A stretch of 32,000 nucleotides of DNA from Massilicoli timonensis (GCF_900199515.1 NZ_LT963434.1:1502180-1534179), one strand, 5' to 3'. Positions 1 through 9,577 are shown, counted from the first letter of the stretch. Notes: generated by a model not told the origin, from the letters alone. A program made the numbers and translations.

Positions 1-21
1 GATTAAGAGGAGGGATCAAAT

Positions 22-915
22 ATGGAAAAGATCGTAGAAATTAAGGGATTATGCAAAAAATTCGGTAAGACTGAGGTACTGCATGACGTATCATTTGATA
101 TTTATGAAGATGAGATCGTCGGATTTATCGGACCAAACGGAGCCGGTAAAAGTACGACAATGAAATGTATGTGCAATCTGATCTTTCCAAGCGCAGGTAC
201 GATAAAGATATGCGGCTATGACATCGTAAAAGAAAGAGAAAAAGCATTGGCAAAACAGTCCTCGTTGATCGAAACTCCGGGATTGTTTCCAAATTTGACC
301 GGAAAAGAAAACATCGAATATTTTGCCTCTTATAAAAAAATACCGCAGTCTAAAATAGAAGAGATCATTCAATTCATGAATTTAGGCGATGGTCTTTACA
401 GACGAACCGCAAAATATTCACTGGGAATGAAACAGCGATTGGCGTTAGGGATCGCCTTGTTATCCGACCCGAAATTGTTGATCTTGGATGAACCGACCAA
501 CGGGCTGGATCCGGCAGGTGTATTTGACCTTAGAAATCAGTTAAAAACACTGGCAAAAGAAAAGCATGTATCCATACTGGTATCCTCTCATCAGTTAGGA
601 GAATTAGAGAAAATATCCGACCGCTATATTTGCATCAACAAAGGAAAGATCGTAGAAAATCCAAAGCAGATGAAAAATGACAGCTGCTATCACATTACAA
701 TGAAAAAAACAGAGCAAGTGGAAAAGTTGATGGAACAGGCAGCATCTGTCTACTCTTACACTTATCAGGAAAACGGATATGTCATACTGGTAAAAGAAAA
801 TCACAAAATACAGGATATTTTGCATTTATTTCAAAAAGAACAGATCGAATATGAGGACATCACGAAAAAAGTCATTGATATTGAAACCATGTATAGTGAA
901 CTATATGAGGCATGA
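22..915 (+). CDS. ABC transporter ATP-binding protein (ABC-2/CcmA-type NBD with C-terminal extension)
   Basis: 297-aa ORF. Walker A GPNGAGKST, signature SLGMKQRL, Walker B LLILDEPT, H-loop SSHQL. AGGAGGG lies upstream of the ATG. The stop overlaps the next start (ATGA at 912-915). Confidence 0.9.
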   Translation: MEKIVEIKGLCKKFGKTEVLHDVSFDIYEDEIVGFIGPNGAGKSTTMKCMCNLIFPSAGTIKICGYDIVKEREKALAKQSSLIETPGLFPNLTGKENIEYFASYKKIPQSKIEEIIQFMNLGDGLYRRTAKYSLGMKQRLALGIALLSDPKLLILDEPTNGLDPAGVFDLRNQLKTLAKEKHVSILVSSHQLGELEKISDRYICINKGKIVENPKQMKNDSCYHITMKKTEQVEKLMEQAASVYSYTYQENGYVILVKENHKIQDILHLFQKEQIEYEDITKKVIDIETMYSELYEA

Positions 916-2054
916 TCATGTTAAAGTTAGAATTGAAACGACTGTTTAAGAGTCCGAAAAATATAGGGGTCGTCTTCTGTATGATCGTGTTTTCGTTTTT
1001 TATCCTGTACCAGTTGAATGAAAAAAGAGTCGAATATGATGAAGTGCAGTTAAAGGAACTGTATGCGGCGAGTGCGATTGCCAAACAAGAAAAAGAACAA
1101 CTGAAATATGTAGAAGAAACGCCGGAAGTGGCAGAAGCAAATGAGTATTGGGATTTCGAGGGCAGATATGCCAGTTATCTGCGCGGAAAATTTAATCCTC
1201 TAAGCGATAAAGATATTTTTACGAAAGAAGAACGAACTACCCTTGAAAAAGATCGTTATCGGCACATATTAGATGCGTGGGATAAAGAATACAATAAGGC
1301 ATATTTGGAACTTGCCAAGACACAGAAGGAATTGAAAAAAGAAATCATATTGCGAGAGTATTTGTTGGGACATAAGATCGAGCAGTATGATACGCCGTAT
1401 GAAGTAAATACGATGAACTATTTAGTGAATTTCTTTCAATCACCGAATGTATTTGTCTTTCTGATTTTAATCGCATTTGCTTCGATCGATGTCATTACCA
1501 AGGATTTTGACTGTGATAGTTATAAACCGTTATATACGATGCCGGTTGCCAGAAAGAAAATTATTCGATCAAAGGTCGAAGCGGTATTGTTGTTTGCGCT
1601 GTTTGCGATTAGTGTTGCCATTCTCCTGCCGTCAGTTGCGGCCGCATGGATCGGTGGAACAGGAACTTTGGAATATCCGCAAGTGATGGAAGATTTCAGT
1701 ATATGGATCGCATTTGATTATGTGCTGAAATGTATGTTGATCTTGCTGGTATTGATTTTGTTTACGATTTCTGTCATTACTTTGGTATCTGTTTCTTTAA
1801 GAAACGGTACATCGGCAATGATGGCGATCGGTTCCTATTTCATTATTTTATATTGCATGAGTGAATTAGAACTTCGCTTCCCCAATGTTTTATACTATAT
1901 TCCGCTTTTCTCTGTTGATGTTGCTTATACCGTTAATGTCAAATACTTTTCGATCCTGCTGTTCAGTGTTTGTTCGCTGTTTATGATTATATTAAGCATC
2001 TGGGCGTCAGAAAGAGTAATTGAAACTGCGGATTTATCAGGAGGGGATGCGTAG
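912..2054 (+). CDS. polytopic membrane protein, probable ABC-2-type permease partner
   Basis: 380 aa. One N-terminal hydrophobic helix, a ~150-aa charged soluble segment, then about five hydrophobic helices. Translationally coupled to the NBD gene. An alternative ATG is at 918. Confidence 0.6.
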   Translation: MIMLKLELKRLFKSPKNIGVVFCMIVFSFFILYQLNEKRVEYDEVQLKELYAASAIAKQEKEQLKYVEETPEVAEANEYWDFEGRYASYLRGKFNPLSDKDIFTKEERTTLEKDRYRHILDAWDKEYNKAYLELAKTQKELKKEIILREYLLGHKIEQYDTPYEVNTMNYLVNFFQSPNVFVFLILIAFASIDVITKDFDCDSYKPLYTMPVARKKIIRSKVEAVLLFALFAISVAILLPSVAAAWIGGTGTLEYPQVMEDFSIWIAFDYVLKCMLILLVLILFTISVITLVSVSLRNGTSAMMAIGSYFIILYCMSELELRFPNVLYYIPLFSVDVAYTVNVKYFSILLFSVCSLFMIILSIWASERVIETADLSGGDA

Positions 2055-3424
2055 TGTTGAAAAGGATCAAATTAGGGATCTTATCATCATTACGCAGTAA
2101 AACAACGAAGATCGCCATGATCTGTGTTTTGATCTGTGAACTGCTGATGGTCTTTCATTTGGAGGAACGTGTAAGAGAAGAAAAGAAGGAGTATTATCAA
2201 AAGTATGTGAGTTTATATACTAAATTTTACAGAGATTTTTGGTATAAGGACCTGTATTATAGAAATGCGATACGTTTTTTAGGATTTGATGAACACGACA
2301 TCAGAAGAATGGATGAGGCGTTTGATTATTTATGTGAAGCAACTTCCAAAGCCGCTAAAGCAATAGAAGATGAAGATTATACGACCTTTTATCGAGAAAA
2401 TATCAAAGCCAATGTCCTATTGACAGATTCTATGGTTGCACAGGATCAGGAGATGTATTTGGAAACTGATGAGGACTTCTTTAAGAATATCGAGATCGTA
2501 GAAAAGATAAAGAAAGATTGGAACTTGCCTTATCATGATGTTCACCTTGGCTTAGGGGTATTCGATAAATTCTGGGCTCCTCAGTACATCTCCCAAACCC
2601 AATATTCCTATGAGATGTTAGAGAGAGGGATCGATGAACTATACACTCCAAGTTATCTGAACGGGAATACCGCGCTCTATCAATTCATCTATCATCTGTT
2701 TCCGATCCTTGTCTTATTGATCACCGTACTGCTCTACTATGATCAGTTTGCGAAAGAAAAGAGACAGGGAACGATCAAGAATCGGCTGACGCAGCCAAAT
2801 AAACGAATACGCTATCTCATGGAGAAGATCATCACGAATACAGCGACCATGCTCATCGTATTGCTTCTTCCCAGTTTATTATGTAATTTATTTGTGATCT
2901 GCTTAAATGGATTTGAGTTTCAAAACATACCGATCCTGGCATATCCAAAAGGGATCACAAGCTTCACATCATTACCGAATAATCTAACGGGAGAATACAC
3001 ACCGTTCTTACAGACGATGGGATTAACGCTTTATTCAGGGTTTCCGACATTGGAATACAATGCGCCGCACATAGCGATGGAGCTGATGGATTTTCATGTA
3101 TTCATGGGATATGTGAGTATGATGACAGTATTGTTCATCATCTTTCAGGTATTATTGAATCAGATGATCACGACCATGATAAATAATCCCTATTTAGGGA
3201 TGATCGTGAATTTAGGGATAGGGGGAATTTGTTATATCAATGCGGGGATAACGAATGTCAGTGAGATAGGGATGTGGAATCCATATTCCTATGCGAATCC
3301 GATCTTGAACTTAGCGGGGACATCCTATTACACATATGCAGAAGGGATCGTTATATTAGGAATCTACTGCATGATACTTTTTGGTGTGACTACACTGATC
3401 TTAAAGAAGAAAGATGTGATATAA
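2054..3424 (+). CDS. 456-aa polytopic membrane protein, tandem copy 1 (permease-like; one TM, ~190-aa soluble domain, ~6 TM)
   Basis: The GTG start overlaps the TAG of the upstream gene by 1 nt (taGTG). The 5' end carries more synonymous differences than copies 2-4. Its variable-cassette allele is KFYRDFWYKDLYYRNAIRF. Confidence 0.75.
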   Translation: MLKRIKLGILSSLRSKTTKIAMICVLICELLMVFHLEERVREEKKEYYQKYVSLYTKFYRDFWYKDLYYRNAIRFLGFDEHDIRRMDEAFDYLCEATSKAAKAIEDEDYTTFYRENIKANVLLTDSMVAQDQEMYLETDEDFFKNIEIVEKIKKDWNLPYHDVHLGLGVFDKFWAPQYISQTQYSYEMLERGIDELYTPSYLNGNTALYQFIYHLFPILVLLITVLLYYDQFAKEKRQGTIKNRLTQPNKRIRYLMEKIITNTATMLIVLLLPSLLCNLFVICLNGFEFQNIPILAYPKGITSFTSLPNNLTGEYTPFLQTMGLTLYSGFPTLEYNAPHIAMELMDFHVFMGYVSMMTVLFIIFQVLLNQMITTMINNPYLGMIVNLGIGGICYINAGITNVSEIGMWNPYSYANPILNLAGTSYYTYAEGIVILGIYCMILFGVTTLILKKKDVI

Positions 3425-3447
3425 AGACAGAAAGGAGGCGATCGAAG

Positions 3448-4818
3448 ATGTTGAAGAGAATTAAGCTAGGGATCTTATCCTCATTACGCAGTAAAACAAC
3501 GAAGATCGCCATGATCTGTGTTTTGATCTGTGAACTATTGATGGTCTTTCATTTGGAGGAACGTGCAAGAGAGGAAAAGAAGGAGTATTACCAAAAGTAT
3601 GTAAACTTATATACGAATTTTTATAGAAATTTCTGGTATAGGAAGTTGGATTATGACTATGCTACGAAGTTTTTAGGCTTTGATGAACACGACATCAGAA
3701 GAATGGATGAGGCGTTTGATTATTTATGTGAAGCAACTTCCAAAGCCGCTAAAGCAATAGAAGATGAAGATTATACGACCTTTTATCGAGAAAATATCAA
3801 AGCCAATGTCCTATTGACAGATTCTATGGTTGCACAGGATCAGGAGATGTATTTGGAAACTGATGAGGACTTCTTTAAGAATATCGAGATCGTAGAAAAG
3901 ATAAAGAAAGATTGGAACTTGCCTTATCATGATGTTCACCTTGGCTTAGGGGTATTCGATAAATTCTGGGCTCCTCAGTACATCTCCCAAACCCAATATT
4001 CCTATGAGATGTTAGAGAGAGGGATCGATGAACTATACACTCCAAGTTATCTGAACGGGAATACCGCGCTCTATCAATTCATCTATCATCTGTTTCCGAT
4101 CCTTGTCTTATTGATCACCGTACTGCTCTACTATGATCAGTTTGCGAAAGAAAAGAGACAGGGGACGATCAAGAATCGATTGATACAGCCAAAGAAACGA
4201 ATACGCTATCTCATGGAGAAGATCATCACGAATACGGCGACCATGATCATCGTATTGCTTCTTCCCAGTTTATTATGTAATTTATTTGTGATCTGCTTAA
4301 ATGGATTTGAGTTTCAAAACATCCCGATCCTGGCATATCCAAAAGGGATCACAAGCTTCACATCATTACCGAATAATCTAACGGGAGAATACACACCGTT
4401 CTTACAGACGATGGGATTAACGCTTTATTCAGGGTTTCCGACATTGGAATACAATGCGCCGCACATAGCGATGGAGCTGATGGATTTTCATGTATTCATG
4501 GGATATGTGAGTATGATGACAGTATTGTTCATCATCTTTCAGGTATTATTGAATCAGATGATCACGACCATGATAAATAATCCCTATTTAGGGATGATCG
4601 TGAATTTAGGGGTAGGGGGAATATGTTATATCAATGCGGGGATAACGAATGTTAGTGAGATAGGGATGTGGAATCCATATTCCTATGCGAATCCGATCTT
4701 GAACTTAGCGGGGACATCCTATTACACATATGCGGAAGGGATCGTCATATTAGGAATCTATTGCATGATACTTTTTGGTGTGACTACACTGATCTTAAAG
4801 AAGAAAGATGTGATATAA
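3448..4818 (+). CDS. 456-aa polytopic membrane protein, tandem copy 2
   Basis: ATG at 3448 preceded by AAAGGAGG (3431-3438). The 514-aa track ORF from 3274 is an alternate-frame run through the previous copy. Cassette allele NFYRNFWYRKLDYDYATKF. Confidence 0.8.
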   Translation: MLKRIKLGILSSLRSKTTKIAMICVLICELLMVFHLEERAREEKKEYYQKYVNLYTNFYRNFWYRKLDYDYATKFLGFDEHDIRRMDEAFDYLCEATSKAAKAIEDEDYTTFYRENIKANVLLTDSMVAQDQEMYLETDEDFFKNIEIVEKIKKDWNLPYHDVHLGLGVFDKFWAPQYISQTQYSYEMLERGIDELYTPSYLNGNTALYQFIYHLFPILVLLITVLLYYDQFAKEKRQGTIKNRLIQPKKRIRYLMEKIITNTATMIIVLLLPSLLCNLFVICLNGFEFQNIPILAYPKGITSFTSLPNNLTGEYTPFLQTMGLTLYSGFPTLEYNAPHIAMELMDFHVFMGYVSMMTVLFIIFQVLLNQMITTMINNPYLGMIVNLGVGGICYINAGITNVSEIGMWNPYSYANPILNLAGTSYYTYAEGIVILGIYCMILFGVTTLILKKKDVI

Positions 4819-4841
4819 AGACAGAAAGGAGGCGATCGAAG

Positions 4842-6212
4842 ATGTTGAAGAGAATTAAGCTAGGGATCTTATCCTCATTACGCAGTAAAACAACGAAGAT
4901 CGCCATGATCTGTGTCTTGATCTGTGAACTGCTGATGGTCTTTCATTTAGAGGAACGTGCAAGAGAGGAAAAGAAGGAGTATTATCAAAAGTATGTGAAC
5001 TTATATACGAATTACTACAGGGACTTTTGGTATAAAGATTCCTATTATAAACACGCTGTAGAATATCTGGGTTTCAATGAGGATGATATTAAGGTAATGG
5101 ATGAGGCGTTTGATTATTTATGTGAAGCAACTTCCAAAGCAGCTAAAGCAATAGAAGATGAAGACTATACGACCTTTTATCGAGAAAATATCAAAGCCAA
5201 TGTCCTATTGACAGATTCTATGGTTGCACAGGATCAGGAGATGTATTTGGAAACCGATGAGGACTTCTTTAAGAATATCGAGATCGTAGAAAAGATAAAA
5301 AAGGATTGGAACTTGCCTTATCATGATGTCCACCTAGGACTGTTAGTACTCGATAAATTCTGGGCGCCACAATACATCTCCCAAACCCAATATTCTTATG
5401 AGATGTTGGAAAGAGGGATCGATGAACTATACACTCCAAGTTATCTGAACGGGAATACCGCGCTCTATCAATTCATCTATCATCTGTTTCCGATCCTTGT
5501 CTTATTGATCACCGTACTGCTCTACTATGATCAGTTTGCGAAAGAAAAGAGACAGGGAACGATCAAGAATCGGCTGACGCAGCCAAATAAACGAATACGC
5601 TATCTCATGGAGAAGATCATCACGAATACAGCGACCATGCTCATCGTATTGCTTCTTCCCAGTTTATTATGTAATTTATTTGTGATCTGCTTAAATGGAT
5701 TTGAGTTTCAAAACATACCGATCCTGGCATATCCAAAAGGGATCACAAGCTTCACATCATTACCGAATAATCTAACGGGAGAATACACACCGTTCTTACA
5801 GACGATGGGATTAACGCTTTATTCAGGGTTTCCGACATTGGAATACAATGCGCCGCACATAGCGATGGAGCTGATGGATTTTCATGTATTCATGGGATAT
5901 GTGAGTATGATGACAGTATTGTTCATCATCTTTCAGGTATTATTGAATCAGATGATCACGACCATGATAAATAATCCCTATTTAGGGATGATCGTGAATT
6001 TAGGGGTAGGGGGAATATGTTATATCAATGCGGGGATAACGAATGTTAGTGAGATAGGGATGTGGAATCCATATTCCTATGCGAATCCGATCTTGAACTT
6101 AGCGGGGACATCCTATTACACATATGCGGAAGGGATCGTCATATTAGGAATCTATTGCATGATACTTTTTGGTGTGACTACACTGATCTTAAAGAAGAAA
6201 GATGTGATATAA
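4842..6212 (+). CDS. 456-aa polytopic membrane protein, tandem copy 3
   Basis: ATG at 4842 with the same 23-nt spacer and RBS. Cassette allele NYYRDFWYKDSYYKHAVEY, and GLLVLDKFW in place of GLGVFDKFW. Confidence 0.8.
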   Translation: MLKRIKLGILSSLRSKTTKIAMICVLICELLMVFHLEERAREEKKEYYQKYVNLYTNYYRDFWYKDSYYKHAVEYLGFNEDDIKVMDEAFDYLCEATSKAAKAIEDEDYTTFYRENIKANVLLTDSMVAQDQEMYLETDEDFFKNIEIVEKIKKDWNLPYHDVHLGLLVLDKFWAPQYISQTQYSYEMLERGIDELYTPSYLNGNTALYQFIYHLFPILVLLITVLLYYDQFAKEKRQGTIKNRLTQPNKRIRYLMEKIITNTATMLIVLLLPSLLCNLFVICLNGFEFQNIPILAYPKGITSFTSLPNNLTGEYTPFLQTMGLTLYSGFPTLEYNAPHIAMELMDFHVFMGYVSMMTVLFIIFQVLLNQMITTMINNPYLGMIVNLGVGGICYINAGITNVSEIGMWNPYSYANPILNLAGTSYYTYAEGIVILGIYCMILFGVTTLILKKKDVI

Positions 6213-6235
6213 AGACAGAAAGGAGGCGATCGAAG

Positions 6236-7606
6236 ATGTTGAAGAGAATTAAGCTAGGGATCTTATCCTCATTACGCAGTAAAACAACGAAGATCGCCAT
6301 GATCTGTGTTTTGATCTGTGAACTATTGATGGTCTTTCATTTGGAGGAACGTGCAAGAGAGGAAAAGAAGGAGTATTACCAAAAGTATGTAAACTTATAT
6401 ACGAATTTTTATAGAAATTTCTGGTATAGGAAGTTGGATTATGACTATGCTACGAAGTTTTTAGGCTTTGATGAACACGACATCAGAAGAATGGATGAGG
6501 CGTTTGATTATTTATGTGAAGCAACTTCCAAAGCCGCTAAAGCAATAGAAGATGAAGATTATACGACCTTTTATCGAGAAAATATCAAAGCCAATGTCCT
6601 ATTGACAGATTCTATGGTTGCACAGGATCAGGAGATGTATTTGGAAACTGATGAGGACTTCTTTAAGAATATCGAGATCGTAGAAAAGATAAAGAAAGAT
6701 TGGAACTTGCCTTATCATGATGTTCACCTTGGCTTAGGGGTATTCGATAAATTCTGGGCTCCTCAGTACATCTCCCAAACCCAATATTCCTATGAGATGT
6801 TAGAGAGAGGGATCGATGAACTATACACTCCAAGTTATCTGAACGGGAATACCGCGCTCTATCAATTCATCTATCATCTGTTTCCGATCCTTGTCTTATT
6901 GATCACCGTACTGCTCTACTATGATCAGTTTGCGAAAGAAAAGAGACAGGGAACGATCAAGAATCGGCTGACGCAGCCAAATAAACGAATACGCTATCTC
7001 ATGGAGAAGATCATCACGAATACAGCGACCATGCTCATCGTATTGCTTCTTCCCAGTTTATTATGTAATTTATTTGTGATCTGCTTAAATGGATTTGAGT
7101 TTCAAAACATACCGATCCTGGCATATCCAAAAGGGATCACAAGCTTCACATCATTACCGAATAATCTAACGGGAGAATACACACCGTTCTTACAGACGAT
7201 GGGATTAACGCTTTATTCAGGCTTTCCGACATTGGAATACAATGCGCCGCACATAGCGATGGAGCTGATGGATTTTCATGTATTCATGGGATATGTGAGT
7301 ATGATGACAGTATTGTTCATCATCTTTCAGGTATTATTGAATCAGATGATCACGACCATGATAAACAATCCCTATTTAGGGATGATCGTGAATTTAGGGA
7401 TAGGGGGAATTTGTTATATCAATGCGGGGATAACGAATGTCAGTGAGATAGGGATGTGGAATCCATATTCCTATGCGAATCCGATCTTGAACTTAGCGGG
7501 GACATCCTATTACACATATGCAGAAGGGATCGTCATATTAGGGGTCTACTGCATAATACTTTTTGGTGTAACTACACTGATCTTGAGAAAGAAAGATGTG
7601 GTGTAG
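6236..7606 (+). CDS. 456-aa polytopic membrane protein, tandem copy 4
   Basis: ATG at 6236 with the same spacer and RBS. The cassette is identical to copy 2. The C-terminal tail is unique (GVYCIILFGVTTLILRKKDVV). Confidence 0.8.
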   Translation: MLKRIKLGILSSLRSKTTKIAMICVLICELLMVFHLEERAREEKKEYYQKYVNLYTNFYRNFWYRKLDYDYATKFLGFDEHDIRRMDEAFDYLCEATSKAAKAIEDEDYTTFYRENIKANVLLTDSMVAQDQEMYLETDEDFFKNIEIVEKIKKDWNLPYHDVHLGLGVFDKFWAPQYISQTQYSYEMLERGIDELYTPSYLNGNTALYQFIYHLFPILVLLITVLLYYDQFAKEKRQGTIKNRLTQPNKRIRYLMEKIITNTATMLIVLLLPSLLCNLFVICLNGFEFQNIPILAYPKGITSFTSLPNNLTGEYTPFLQTMGLTLYSGFPTLEYNAPHIAMELMDFHVFMGYVSMMTVLFIIFQVLLNQMITTMINNPYLGMIVNLGIGGICYINAGITNVSEIGMWNPYSYANPILNLAGTSYYTYAEGIVILGVYCIILFGVTTLILRKKDVV

Positions 7607-7607
7607 C

Positions 7608-9371
7608 ATGAAAGGAATAACAGTTGTAAAAAATCTCCGGTTCGCGATGCGCTTCATCCTTGACACTTCTAAAAAAATTGTATGCTTTCGTATCATCTAT
7701 GCGATACTACAAGGCTTCTATACCGTTTATTCCCTTTTCGTATTAAGAATGATTTTACAGTTGATCTTTCAAGAAGCGAACTTAAAGCGATTAGCCATGA
7801 TCTTGCTTGTCCTGTTATTGATCAGCTTCCTGCTGGAATCCTTGTGTGATTATCTCATGACCTATCGCATTCCTCAGGAAGAACTAAAGGTCAGCAAAGC
7901 GATCGAAATCAAATTGTATGAGGCAATGTCGAAAAAACGGGCACAGGATCTGGAAGATCCCCATCAATACAATCATTTCTTTTTTGTGATCCAAAACGGG
8001 AAAGACAGTATTTTACAGTTATTGAACAGTTTTGCCGATTTGATTGCCGCAGTTGTTGCCATTACGGGGCTGAGTGCGCTGCTTGCCTCAAGCGATCTGA
8101 TGATCATCTGTTTCGTATTGATTTATCTGGCTGTTTCTTTACTGATCGATCTGCTTATTTCAAGAAACACCTATCAGAAAAATCATGCCCTGATCAAACC
8201 GAACCGCCGTTTAGATTATGTGAACCGCATCTTCTACTTGAAGCAGTACCATCTTGAATTAAAAGTGTTCCCGCTCTTACAGGCGTTAAAAGAACAGCTG
8301 CATCACTGGTATGAGGAAAAAAGCGCAATTCAAGATCAATATCATCGCAAAGCAGTCTGCTATCATATGATGAAAATTTTGATCAGTTTGTTCTTTCAGC
8401 TGAGCACGATTCTGTATATCGCCTATCTCGTATTGCGGGAAGTGATTGCGAAAAGCGATTTTTTGGTGCTTTATAATGGGACAAGCGAATTGAGCGACAA
8501 CTTAAAGCTGCTCTTTCAATATATACCGGTTTTTTATGAGAACGGTCTTTACATAGGTGAAATCAAAGATTTTCTTGCGCCTGTTGCGAAAAAACAAAAG
8601 TATCGAGAAGCGATCCGTGAAATCGAATTGCAAGATGTCAGCTTTACTTATCCATTATGTGAAACGCCGGCGCTGCATGCGATCAATTACCGGTTTCATC
8701 AAAACAGTTATGCGATCGTAGGGATGAATGGATCGGGAAAAACGACTTTGGCAAAAGTGATCGGGATGGTGTTTGACGAGGCAAAAGGAAAAAGGATCGT
8801 CAATGGGAGAATGCTTGATGAAGCAATATATTTAGATCAGGTCAGTTATATTTTTCAGGATTATCAGGTTTATGCGCTTACGATCGCGGAAAATATTTTG
8901 ATGCGCCCGCTTCAAAACAATGATGATGTGCGAAAGGTGGAGGAAATCCTGAAAAAAGTCAATCTGTACGATAAAGTCATGGGCTTGCCGCATACGATCT
9001 ACACGGAAATGACGACCGAGTTTCAGGAAGAGGCGACAATGTTTTCGGGCGGGGAATTGCAAAAACTGGCGCTTGGCAGGGCGATCGCCAAAGACTGTAC
9101 GGTTCTGATCTTAGATGAGCCATCCAGTGCTTTGGATACCACCGCTGAATATGAGTTTATGAAGCTGGTAAAGGAACTGGGGAAAGATAAGATCCTAATT
9201 TATATCACACATAAATTAGATAAATTGATGCTGTTTGATCAAGTGCTCTGCATGAAAGAGGGAACGATCATAGAAAGCGGCGCTTATGAGGATCTGATTC
9301 AGAAAAAAGGCTATCTCTATTCGCTAACTGCCGCTTCCAAGGGGTTGCAGGAAATCACTAAAAATCAGTAA
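7608..9371 (+). CDS. fused ABC transporter permease/ATP-binding protein (exporter-type half transporter)
   Basis: N-terminal ~330-aa hydrophobic TMD, then an NBD with Walker A GMNGSGKTT, signature FSGGELQKLALGRA and Walker B VLILDEPSSALD. ATG at 7608 lies 1 nt after the copy-4 stop. An alternative ATG at 7596 has no clear SD. Confidence 0.85.
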   Translation: MKGITVVKNLRFAMRFILDTSKKIVCFRIIYAILQGFYTVYSLFVLRMILQLIFQEANLKRLAMILLVLLLISFLLESLCDYLMTYRIPQEELKVSKAIEIKLYEAMSKKRAQDLEDPHQYNHFFFVIQNGKDSILQLLNSFADLIAAVVAITGLSALLASSDLMIICFVLIYLAVSLLIDLLISRNTYQKNHALIKPNRRLDYVNRIFYLKQYHLELKVFPLLQALKEQLHHWYEEKSAIQDQYHRKAVCYHMMKILISLFFQLSTILYIAYLVLREVIAKSDFLVLYNGTSELSDNLKLLFQYIPVFYENGLYIGEIKDFLAPVAKKQKYREAIREIELQDVSFTYPLCETPALHAINYRFHQNSYAIVGMNGSGKTTLAKVIGMVFDEAKGKRIVNGRMLDEAIYLDQVSYIFQDYQVYALTIAENILMRPLQNNDDVRKVEEILKKVNLYDKVMGLPHTIYTEMTTEFQEEATMFSGGELQKLALGRAIAKDCTVLILDEPSSALDTTAEYEFMKLVKELGKDKILIYITHKLDKLMLFDQVLCMKEGTIIESGAYEDLIQKKGYLYSLTAASKGLQEITKNQ

Positions 9372-9383
9372 AAAATGAGAACA

Positions 9384-9409
9384 GGAGGGTATCGGCGATA
9401 CGCTCCTTT
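9384..9409 (+). terminator. possible intrinsic terminator after the fused ABC gene
   Basis: GGAGGGTATC-ggc-GATACGCTCC hairpin (10 bp, 1 mismatch) followed by only TTT. The weak U-tract lowers confidence. Confidence 0.4.
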
Positions 9410-9548
9410 CAAACTGTCAGTCGCTGTTCAAAAAAAGAGTTTCCATTGCTTTTATTCCATAAAGGCAACAATTTTTTAGAAAATCGCAGCATCTGCTAAA
9501 AAAAGTGCCGGTTTGTTCCACAAAGCGAAGAAAGATCATGATTTGTAA

Positions 9549-9577
9549 TTGTAAGAAGAAAAAAAGTAGTTTACAAT
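9549..9577 (+). promoter_or_regulatory. candidate sigma-A promoter for fhs
   Basis: TTGTAA (9549-9554), 17-nt spacer, TACAAT (9572-9577), about 50 nt upstream of the fhs ATG. Confidence 0.35.

Larger units (their letters stand above)
2054..7606 (+). repeat. 4 x 1394-bp direct tandem repeat (gene plus 23-nt spacer)
   Basis: Gene starts at 2054, 3448, 4842 and 6236 are exactly 1394 nt apart. Long stretches are identical at the nucleotide level, especially the 3' two-thirds of each unit. Confidence 0.95.

Noticed and set aside
2207-6493. Diversity-generating retroelement (DGR) as the source of the variable cassette
   Set aside because: No reverse transcriptase or template repeat is present in the window. 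The substitutions between cassettes involve all base types rather than the adenine-specific pattern of DGRs.
3274-7606. Three 514-aa ORFs in the track (3274-4818, 4668-6212, 6062-7606) that begin MESIFLCESD...
   Set aside because: The first 58 codons are an alternate reading frame through the 3' end of the preceding repeat copy. The real genes start at the internal ATG (3448, 4842, 6236) preceded by AAAGGAGG, matching the 456-aa copy 1.
2054-7606. CRISPR-like or other short-repeat array
   Set aside because: The period is 1394 bp and each unit is a complete protein-coding gene. No short repeat-spacer organisation exists anywhere in the window.
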